Assembly (NCBI GenBank): GCA_965216465.1
Contig: CBDCFW010000006.1
Coordinates: 550,055 to 614,054, forward strand
DNA: 64,000 nucleotides
Reading direction: 5' to 3'
Origin: Bacteroidia bacterium
Lineage (GTDB): Bacteria > Bacteroidota > Bacteroidia > NS11-12g > UBA9320
Shown here piece after piece: positions 48,868-56,354 of this stretch; the stretch's first letter is position 1, and each line of letters opens with the position of its first letter. A model generated the notes under the pieces. It saw only the letters and a list, made by a program, of their open reading frames with translations, was not told where the DNA came from and searched no databases. A program made the translations under genes and the position numbers.

Positions 48868-50457
48868 ATGGAACAAGCAGAAGAGTCAAGAAGCAGGATT
48901 TATTGGGTCCTTCATAACCTCCGCAAACGACTTGGGGGATTTATAAAACGTGCATTTAAGAATAGACCAATACTTAGCATCATTATATCCTTGGTTTTAG
49001 TTTATATGGTGTTTGTAAGCAGGGGCAGTTTTCAACCAGGCTTTCTATTCCTAAGAAAATATTACTTGCTTGTTTTAGTCATTCTTTTGATCTTTTATTG
49101 GTTTGTTAAAACATGGGAAAGGCGAGAAACTAGAGGTAAAATCATAACAACGGTTCTCATGCTGTTGGTAGCAACTGGCAGCTATTTTTATGGTGCTGGA
49201 GTATATCGTTATGTTAGCTTGTACTTTCATTACTCTCAAATTAATAAGGTCGAGCTAGATGAATTTCCCGAGACAGCTTTTGAGCGCATTCAGCCCATTA
49301 ACTCTGTTCGAACATTAATCAATCAGGAAGGTCTTTCGGAAACAGAAGATGCTACTTTGCCTCGATTTGTGAGAGGTAGCGACAATGAATATTATTTCAC
49401 CTGCGCGGTTGGACCTTCTCAGGAATACAAAGTACAACAGATGACCAAAAACATGTATGAGGTCATTCATATTCCAGCTGATTTGCCCGCTCCGGTGTTT
49501 TCAAAAAAATATCGAGAAGAAGTCAATTTTGATGTTGGAGAACTCTTACTTTTCAGCAAGAAAACTAAGTATGCAGTGGTAAAGAAATTTAACCTTCTGC
49601 AGTACTTTAATTATGAGATTGGATCTCCTATTTATGTGCCCAGCCAAGACAAAGGATGGTTGCAAGTTGTTCCACTTATTCGATGGAAGGGAGTTCTATT
49701 TCCTCGTCCTGTGTTTGGCGGGGTGATGGTAATCGATGAAACGACATCAGAAGACAACTTTATGATGCGTATTCTATTTGGTGAAGGTCAATACTATACT
49801 CCTACTGAAATTCATAACATAGATGGCCTGCATGGGCAAAATTTGATCCCTGAAAAAGTGGCCAAGTTCACAGCGGAGAGCTTCCGCTTTACAAATGGTT
49901 TTTTTGCTCCTTTACCTATGTATCACGAAGGTGATATACGTATTCCATCGCTGCCTAATGACGTTGATCCTCAACCATTTACAGCATTTTTTAATATTAA
50001 AAATGATGAGAAGCTGTATAACTTCTTTGGACTAGAACCCTATCAAGAAAACAAGAAAGGATTGAGTTTAAGTCTCTTTATTCCTGGAGATGATGACAGC
50101 AAAGTATATTTTATAGACCACCGAAAATCGAACTTGTCTTACATCGGAAGCAGTGCAATTTCTGCTAAGATTATTGAAAGTAAAAAGAACTACGACTGGA
50201 CTAAAAACTACCCAGCTGAAAGCAGACCATTTATTCGAAATGTGGAAGGAAAATCACGGTTATTCTGGTTAAGCACAATTGTTACCAAGGCAGGTGAAAA
50301 TACTGGTGATTACATTGGAGGTAGTATCCCAGAAATTACCTTAACCGATGCCGTGCACGGTAAAGTTGTCTGGATCAACTCTGATTCGCTAATTCAAAAT
50401 GATTCATGGATCAGACAAGCCCAAAGTGAATTACACAATTATTGGGAAAATGAATAA
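48868..50457 (+). CDS. Membrane-anchored protein, 3 N-terminal TM helices plus ~400-aa domain (operon gene F)
   Basis: 529 aa. Basic N-terminus (RKRLGGFIKRAFKNR), then PILSIIISLVLVYMVFV, YYLLVLVILLIFYWFV, IITTVLMLLVATGSYFYGAGVY. The rest is soluble with no recognised motif. Positive-inside topology predicts a periplasmic domain. Confidence 0.6.
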   Translation: MEQAEESRSRIYWVLHNLRKRLGGFIKRAFKNRPILSIIISLVLVYMVFVSRGSFQPGFLFLRKYYLLVLVILLIFYWFVKTWERRETRGKIITTVLMLLVATGSYFYGAGVYRYVSLYFHYSQINKVELDEFPETAFERIQPINSVRTLINQEGLSETEDATLPRFVRGSDNEYYFTCAVGPSQEYKVQQMTKNMYEVIHIPADLPAPVFSKKYREEVNFDVGELLLFSKKTKYAVVKKFNLLQYFNYEIGSPIYVPSQDKGWLQVVPLIRWKGVLFPRPVFGGVMVIDETTSEDNFMMRILFGEGQYYTPTEIHNIDGLHGQNLIPEKVAKFTAESFRFTNGFFAPLPMYHEGDIRIPSLPNDVDPQPFTAFFNIKNDEKLYNFFGLEPYQENKKGLSLSLFIPGDDDSKVYFIDHRKSNLSYIGSSAISAKIIESKKNYDWTKNYPAESRPFIRNVEGKSRLFWLSTIVTKAGENTGDYIGGSIPEITLTDAVHGKVVWINSDSLIQNDSWIRQAQSELHNYWENE

Positions 50458-51132
50458 TTAGGCAGGTTCGCAGCATTCCATCTGCTCTTTTTCTGCATTG
50501 AAATCTGGGCTGATATAAGGAATACCTAAGCCTGCTGATCTTACTACTAGCATCAACCCTACAAAAAGTAGAAGTTTGGGTGTATGCTTGTTAAGCTTTT
50601 GCATTATGCCTGCTTTACCAAATTGCGGCAAGTACGATATGGCCAACAAAATAGGTAAGGTTCCCAAACCAAAAAGAATCATGTACAGTGACACATTGAG
50701 TGCACTTCCTGCATTGACTGAAAGAATTGCAGCACCAAAGGATAAGCCACATGGTAAAAGGCCGTTCAGTACCCCTAAAAATAAACTTCCCGTTCTGCCA
50801 GGATTGGTTTTTAGCATTCTGTTTGAAACCACTTTAGTTATCTTTTCAATTAGGCGATTAACCGGTTTGATGTAACCTTTTAAGGCATAGAGAATCAGCA
50901 ATACTCCACTGGCTAAGCCGACATATTGTTGCATTTCAAAAACTTGAAGCGGAGATACTAAAAAATAGAAGAATATGGCCAAGGCTATGTATCCAATCCA
51001 TCTACCAAGATGGTGAACCAGCAATGAAAACAGTGAATATTGTCGTGCCCCTAATCCTAACATAAATGGACCACACATCGCAGCGCAATGCAAGCTTCCT
51101 AATAGACCAAGTATGAAGGCTGACCACATCAT
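50458..51132 (-). CDS. TauE/SafE-like (DsbD_2-like) membrane protein, last gene of the cco cluster
   Basis: 224 aa, polytopic. N-terminal GSLHCAAMCGPF motif. 4-nt overlap with the fixH-like gene. Its stop abuts the stop of gene F (TAATTA). Confidence 0.6.
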   Translation of the reverse strand: MMWSAFILGLLGSLHCAAMCGPFMLGLGARQYSLFSLLVHHLGRWIGYIALAIFFYFLVSPLQVFEMQQYVGLASGVLLILYALKGYIKPVNRLIEKITKVVSNRMLKTNPGRTGSLFLGVLNGLLPCGLSFGAAILSVNAGSALNVSLYMILFGLGTLPILLAISYLPQFGKAGIMQKLNKHTPKLLLFVGLMLVVRSAGLGIPYISPDFNAEKEQMECCEPA

Positions 51133-51554
51133 AATGCTAATTGTTGCTTTTTAAAGAATGGTTTTCCGTTTACCTCACCTTGCACTTCCATAATCCAATT
51201 TCCTTCTTCCAATTCTCCAAGTGCTATTTTAACATTTGAACTAGGACTTGTATCGGTGAAAATAAGATCTCGATCCTGACTTTTATCTGCCAGATGTACC
51301 AGCTTAAAACTTGAAATCAGACCGATTGAATCAAACTGAAATAAAAACTGATTATGATTTCTAATCAACTCGTAGCTCACATATTTCGCTTGAACTTCCA
51401 TGTTCATTCGAGAGGCGTGTTCTTCACCTAATTCATAATAGTCTTCTTCATACAACTCTTGAGAAGATGTAGCCATTTTAATGCCCATTCCTACTATTAA
51501 TAGAATGAAGCACACCATTGTGACTATCAATATTTTGGACCAATCAAATTTCAT
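51129..51554 (-). CDS. FixH family protein
   Basis: 141 aa. Single N-terminal TM, then YYELGEEH...; position directly after ccoG. 4-nt overlaps on both sides. Confidence 0.7.
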   Translation of the reverse strand: MKFDWSKILIVTMVCFILLIVGMGIKMATSSQELYEEDYYELGEEHASRMNMEVQAKYVSYELIRNHNQFLFQFDSIGLISSFKLVHLADKSQDRDLIFTDTSPSSNVKIALGELEEGNWIMEVQGEVNGKPFFKKQQLAL

Positions 51555-52951
51555 TTTCGTACTGGAGCTAAGAATGTAGTTTCAAAACTACGTAGAAGCT
51601 CACCATCTACAAACAGGTCGAGGTGCATTTTATGCTCGTTTTGCGAAATATCTTTCGCTTGCATCTCAATGATAAAGACTTTTTTCTCTTCACTATTTGC
51701 TTCTAGCACTGAGTCTTGCTCGGCACGAGTCATTGTAGCATTATCATCTTTCAACACAATTTTAAACTCAACATCATCGAAAGTTTTGTTCACCATCGAA
51801 AGGTTATATACGTTGGTAATTGTTCCGTCATCAGCTTCAGCATAGGTCATTCCAACTGCTCTAAGCACCTTTGCTTCTACACTTTTTCTATTGGCTAAAA
51901 TGCCTACAGAAGCACCTAGAAGCAATACCATAACCAAGCTATAGGCAATAATTCTTGGCGTAAACTTGAAACCAACTTTGTTCTCGATGTTATTGGTTGA
52001 ATCAATACGAATTAGTCCTCTCGGCTTTTTGATCTTGTCCATTACCGAATCACACGCATCCATGCATGCTGTACAGTTTACACATTCGAGTTGAGTGCCA
52101 TTTCGGATATCAATTCCTGTAGGACAAACATCTACACAAATACCGCAGTCAACACAATCGCCCTTGTCTGCTTGACTTTCATTTTTTCTGATTTTGCCTC
52201 GTGGCTCCCCCCGAACATGATCGTAATTCACTACCATGCTATTGGGATCAAGCATTACACCTTGTAAGCGACCGTAAGGGCAAATCATAATACACACCAA
52301 CTCTCGAAGGCGTGCAAAAACGAGATAAAAGACAATTGTGAAAATAACCAAGCCAATTAAGGTGACATAGTTTTCAGAGAATGGCCCAGTAATTTTAGCC
52401 CATAATTCTTCATAACCAATGAGGTACACTAAGAATGTATGAGCGATTACAAATGATATTAAAAAGAAGATGCTATGCTTTGCTCCTTTCTTCAGGATTT
52501 TTTCCCGATTCCAAGGCATAGCATCTAATTTTCGTTGTTTGTTTGCGTTACCTTCAATCCAGTTTTCGACCTTTCTAAACACCATTTCCATGAATATGGT
52601 TTGTGGACAAGCCCATCCACACCATACTCTACCGAAAATTACGGTGAATAGAATAATGAAAACCAGAAGGGTGAGAGCGAGAAACACAAAAACGTGAAAG
52701 TCTTGTGGCCAAAATGGCTGTCCGAAAACTACAAACTTTCTTTCGAAAACATTGAGCAGTAAAAGTGGATATCCCCCAATTTTAACAAAAGGTGCTAGGA
52801 AAAAGAATGCTAAAAGAAACCAACTTAAATATGTTCTATACCTATAAAATGCTCCTTTTATTATCTTGGGATATATCCATATCCTTTTACCGCTCTCGGT
52901 CACATTAGCTAAATGCTCCCTAAAGTTCTCTGTATTTTTATGATCGCTCAT
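51551..52951 (-). CDS. ccoG: Cytochrome c oxidase accessory protein CcoG (4Fe-4S ferredoxin-type membrane protein)
   Basis: 466 aa. TM helices. Two Cys clusters CVDCGICVDVCPTG and CVNCTACMDACD. Also CGWACPQ. Confidence 0.88.
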   Translation of the reverse strand: MSDHKNTENFREHLANVTESGKRIWIYPKIIKGAFYRYRTYLSWFLLAFFFLAPFVKIGGYPLLLLNVFERKFVVFGQPFWPQDFHVFVFLALTLLVFIILFTVIFGRVWCGWACPQTIFMEMVFRKVENWIEGNANKQRKLDAMPWNREKILKKGAKHSIFFLISFVIAHTFLVYLIGYEELWAKITGPFSENYVTLIGLVIFTIVFYLVFARLRELVCIMICPYGRLQGVMLDPNSMVVNYDHVRGEPRGKIRKNESQADKGDCVDCGICVDVCPTGIDIRNGTQLECVNCTACMDACDSVMDKIKKPRGLIRIDSTNNIENKVGFKFTPRIIAYSLVMVLLLGASVGILANRKSVEAKVLRAVGMTYAEADDGTITNVYNLSMVNKTFDDVEFKIVLKDDNATMTRAEQDSVLEANSEEKKVFIIEMQAKDISQNEHKMHLDLFVDGELLRSFETTFLAPVRK

Positions 52952-52966
52952 TGAGTAGGCTCAAAT

Positions 52967-53866
52967 TTAGCCTTCTACTTCTTCAGTTTCTGTAACTTCA
53001 GTTGCTTCTTCAGCAGCTTCCGTTTCAGGTTCTTCTTCAGGTGTCCAAATTTGACCTTCAGGTTCTTTCGCACCATCTGGGTTTGAACCTTCCAAGCTAA
53101 TAATATAGCTTGTTACCTCTTGAATTTTCTGCGGACTTAGTTGATCTTGCCAAGCAGTCATCCCTTTATCGATTATACCATACTTTATCGATTTAAAGAT
53201 GTTCTTAGCTCCACCACCGTGTTTCCAGTATTCATCTGTAAGGTTAGGCCCAACATTTCCTTTACCTCCTTTATCGTGACATACTTTACAGTTTTGAATG
53301 TAGATCTTTCTTCCGGCATCAATAGCTGCTGCATCGGTTAATGCTACAACAGTATTCTCGTCTACAAAAGATGCTTCTTCTTCAAGATTCTCTGTTTTCT
53401 TTTCTGTTGCTGCTTCAATCTCAGCCGCGTATTCTTGTTCTTGGGTCATTCCAGAATCTGTAACACTGTATCTTACAAAATAGATAACAGCAAAAAGGAT
53501 TGTACCGTAGAATAAGAACATAAACCAAGGTGGAGGAGGGTTATCTAACTCATAAATTCCATCGTGTGGTTCATTGATACGCGTATCTTGATCTGTTCCA
53601 ACCGGCTTAAGCTGAAATAGCTTCTCCCAGGTTGTACGTTGATCGTACATTTTTTGTTCTTCTGATTCGTATTCACCGCGTACGTACTTTTTCAAGCTAA
53701 TCGTAACTCTATACAGTAAATAGGTTACCAAAAGTAGAAGACCAACAATTATATATATGATCCATAACAAAGGCTCAGATAAGCCGCCTTGTGCCTCCCC
53801 TGACTGTGCAAACAGATTAAAGGAAGTTAAACTCGCTATTAGTGTTAGGGCAATTTTATTCTTCAT
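52967..53866 (-). CDS. ccoP: cbb3-type cytochrome c oxidase subunit III-like, mono-haem (CcoP)
   Basis: One CxxCH (CKVCHD). N-terminal CcoP-type TM region (PPPWFMFLFYGTILFAV). Acidic C-terminal tail. ATG at 53866 preferred over TTG at 53875. Confidence 0.8.
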   Translation of the reverse strand: MKNKIALTLIASLTSFNLFAQSGEAQGGLSEPLLWIIYIIVGLLLLVTYLLYRVTISLKKYVRGEYESEEQKMYDQRTTWEKLFQLKPVGTDQDTRINEPHDGIYELDNPPPPWFMFLFYGTILFAVIYFVRYSVTDSGMTQEQEYAAEIEAATEKKTENLEEEASFVDENTVVALTDAAAIDAGRKIYIQNCKVCHDKGGKGNVGPNLTDEYWKHGGGAKNIFKSIKYGIIDKGMTAWQDQLSPQKIQEVTSYIISLEGSNPDGAKEPEGQIWTPEEEPETEAAEEATEVTETEEVEG

Positions 53867-54035
53867 GATTTTCAATTTTTGATGGTTTTAAGGGTAAATT
53901 AGATAACTCTGTTACTTGTTCTTTATTGAGTGAAAACATGTACACCGCAGCAAGAACAAATACCATTATAAAAATTAGAAGAGCGATAATCAAATAGACA
54001 TCTGCACCTTCAACGTATCCTATCATTTTTCCCAT
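53856..54035 (-). CDS. CcoQ-like small membrane subunit (59 aa), below the ORF-track cutoff
   Basis: Hand translation: MGKMIGYVEGADVYLIIALLIFIMVFVLAAVYMFSLNKEQVTELSNLPLKPSKIENHEE. Single TM. Lies between ccoNO and ccoP and overlaps the ccoP start by 11 nt. Confidence 0.65.
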   Translation of the reverse strand: MGKMIGYVEGADVYLIIALLIFIMVFVLAAVYMFSLNKEQVTELSNLPLKPSKIENHEE

Positions 54036-54043
54036 AATTCTAA

Positions 54044-56191
54044 TTATTTAGTTGCTTCCTCCTTATTATTAATATCTCGTCCTAATTTATGCAGATAAGC
54101 TATCAAAGCAATAATTTCTTTGTTCTTATCTACCTGGATTCCTTTCTCGTTTGATAAGAAATCAGCAATTTTTTGTGCTTGCTTATCAAGATCTTGCTGA
54201 GCGATTTGCTCGTAACCTTCAGGATAAGGTACTCCGAGTTTACGCATCGCAGAAATCTTTCCTGCCAAATCTGAATAATCGCCATCTTCATCAATTAACC
54301 AAGGATAAGCTGGCATAATTGAACCATCTGAAGTTGATCGAGGATCTTTCATATGGCGATAATGCCAATCTGCAGTCTTGTAAACTTTAGAAGAGGTATT
54401 ACCTGTTCTTGCCAAATCCGGACCGGTACGCTTACTACCCCATAAGAATGGATGGTCGTAAACATTCTCTCCAGATTTTGAATATTCACCATAACGAACA
54501 GTTTCAGATCTAAATGGTCTTACCTGTTGAGAGTGACAGTTGTTACATCCTTCTCTGATGTAAATATCACGTCCTTCTAACTCAAGTGGAGTATAAGGCT
54601 GAACATTCGGAATGGTCTGAACATTCGACTCAACTAAGAACGAAGGAACAAACTCTACTATAGTTCCAATACCAACAGCAAATAATGAGAAAACGAGCAG
54701 TTGAACTGGACGTTTTTCAATCCATCTGTGCCAGTAAGCATGTTCTACCTTGCCCGGCTCGTCTTTAACCAATGGGTAAGCTTCTGCTGGCTCATCAGCA
54801 ACAAGACTACCTTGGCCAATTGTTTTAGCTAAGTTCCAAACCATAATAATGGCTCCAGATAAGTAAAGTAAACCACCAAAAGCTCTAATCATGTGCATTG
54901 GAAGAATCTCTAAAGTTGTATCTAAGAAGTTACCATATTTCAAGTATCCGTCAGCAGTAAATTGGTTCCACATTTGACCTTGAGTAAATCCAGCAAAGTA
55001 CATAGGAATTGCATAGAACAAGATTCCTAAAGTAGCGATCCAGAAGTGAGATGAAATCGCCTTCTTCGAGTAGATCTTAGTATTGTAGATTTTAGGGATG
55101 ATGTAGTAAAGGATAGCAAAAGTTAGCAATCCATTCCATCCTAATGCTCCAACGTGAACGTGGGCTACAATCCAGTCTGTAAAGTGGGCAATGGCATTTA
55201 CATTTTTAAGTGAAAGCATAGGTCCTTCAAAGGTTGCCATACCGTAAGCAGTAATACCAACAACCATAAATTTAAGAACCGCATCATCACGTACTTTATC
55301 CCATGCACCTCTTAAGGTCAACAGACCGTTTAACATACCTCCCCATGATGGAGCGATAAGCATAATACTAAAGATTACACCTAATGTTTGTGCCCAACCT
55401 GGTAATGAAGTATACAACAAATGGTGAGGACCAGCCCAGATATACAAGAATATCAATGACCAGAAGTGAAGAATAGACAACTTGTAGGAGTAAATTGGTC
55501 TATTCGCCATCTTAGGCATGAAGTAGTACATCAATCCCAGGAATGGTGTTGTAAGGAAGAATGCTACTGCATTGTGACCATACCACCATTGCACCAAGGC
55601 ATCTTGCACCCCTGCATACCAAGAGTAAGACTTAAGGAAGGTTACTGGCATCTCAAAGCTATTTACGATGTGTAATAGTGCTACCGTAACAAACGTTGCG
55701 ATGTAGAACCAAATAGCCACATAAAGATGCTTTTCTCTTCTTTTGATAATGGTACCTAACATATTCCAACCAAACACTACCCATATAACTGCAATGGCAA
55801 TATCAATTGGCCATTCAAGCTCGGCATACTCCTTTGAAGTAGTAATACCAAATGGAAGGGTAAGTGCGGCTGCAACAATGATCAGTTGCCACCCCCAAAA
55901 GTGAATTTTACTTAAGGTGTCGCTAAACATTCTCGTTTTCAACAAACGTTGCAATGAATAGTAAACACCCATAAACACAGCGTTACCCACAAAGGCAAAA
56001 ATGATTGCGTTGGTGTGCAGTGGTCTCAAACGACCAAAGGTGATGTACCGTGTGTTAAAATTAAAATAGGGGTCAAACAATTGCGTTGCAATTATTACCC
56101 CAACTAGCATACCAACCAGGCCCCAGACCATGGTGGCGATTGCAAAATTTTTGACAATCCGATTGTCGTAATTAAAGGTCTCTTTTTGCAT
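54044..56191 (-). CDS. ccoN: cbb3-type cytochrome c oxidase, fused subunits I and II (CcoN-CcoO)
   Basis: 715 aa. Haem-copper oxidase helices with conserved His (HFWSLIF, VAHVHVGALGW). The C-terminal CcoO part has CNNCHSQQVRP haem c site. Confidence 0.93.
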   Translation of the reverse strand: MQKETFNYDNRIVKNFAIATMVWGLVGMLVGVIIATQLFDPYFNFNTRYITFGRLRPLHTNAIIFAFVGNAVFMGVYYSLQRLLKTRMFSDTLSKIHFWGWQLIIVAAALTLPFGITTSKEYAELEWPIDIAIAVIWVVFGWNMLGTIIKRREKHLYVAIWFYIATFVTVALLHIVNSFEMPVTFLKSYSWYAGVQDALVQWWYGHNAVAFFLTTPFLGLMYYFMPKMANRPIYSYKLSILHFWSLIFLYIWAGPHHLLYTSLPGWAQTLGVIFSIMLIAPSWGGMLNGLLTLRGAWDKVRDDAVLKFMVVGITAYGMATFEGPMLSLKNVNAIAHFTDWIVAHVHVGALGWNGLLTFAILYYIIPKIYNTKIYSKKAISSHFWIATLGILFYAIPMYFAGFTQGQMWNQFTADGYLKYGNFLDTTLEILPMHMIRAFGGLLYLSGAIIMVWNLAKTIGQGSLVADEPAEAYPLVKDEPGKVEHAYWHRWIEKRPVQLLVFSLFAVGIGTIVEFVPSFLVESNVQTIPNVQPYTPLELEGRDIYIREGCNNCHSQQVRPFRSETVRYGEYSKSGENVYDHPFLWGSKRTGPDLARTGNTSSKVYKTADWHYRHMKDPRSTSDGSIMPAYPWLIDEDGDYSDLAGKISAMRKLGVPYPEGYEQIAQQDLDKQAQKIADFLSNEKGIQVDKNKEIIALIAYLHKLGRDINNKEEATK

Positions 56192-56192
56192 A

Positions 56193-56354
56193 TTAGTTTT
56201 GATTTAATTGATTTGAATTTTTTTTATCTAGTACCCTCATTGAAGGTGATTCTAAGTCGTCGAATTGGCCTTTCTTCACGGCCAGATAGAAAGCATATAA
56301 AAAGCCGATGGCTAGCATCAAACTTACAGATATGAGTATGGCTATTACTTTCAT
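56193..56354 (-). CDS. ccoS: cbb3 oxidase maturation protein CcoS/FixS (53 aa), below the ORF-track cutoff
   Basis: Hand translation: MKVIAILISVSLMLAIGFLYAFYLAVKKGQFDDLESPSMRVLDKKNSNQLNQN. The KKGQFDD...P..R.L motif is CcoS-typical. ATGA overlap with the ccoI stop. Its stop is 1 nt before the ccoNO ATG. Confidence 0.8.
   Translation of the reverse strand: MKVIAILISVSLMLAIGFLYAFYLAVKKGQFDDLESPSMRVLDKKNSNQLNQN

Noticed and set aside
42655-50457. Interpretation of the unknown operon as a mobile or defence island
   Set aside because: There is no integrase, transposase, tRNA target, direct repeats, nuclease/helicase/methylase motifs or obvious compositional shift. The flanks are core genes. A defence role cannot be excluded without searches, so it stays only as a test within the main finding.
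48868-50457. Possible relationship of gene F to the UPF0182 membrane-protein family
   Set aside because: There is only a vague impression from the N-terminal TM bundle plus large beta-rich domain. The length (529 aa versus about 900) and the motifs I remember do not match.
50576-50875. 99-aa plus-strand ORF
   Set aside because: It is antisense within the polytopic TauE-like gene that is overlap-coupled to the cco operon.
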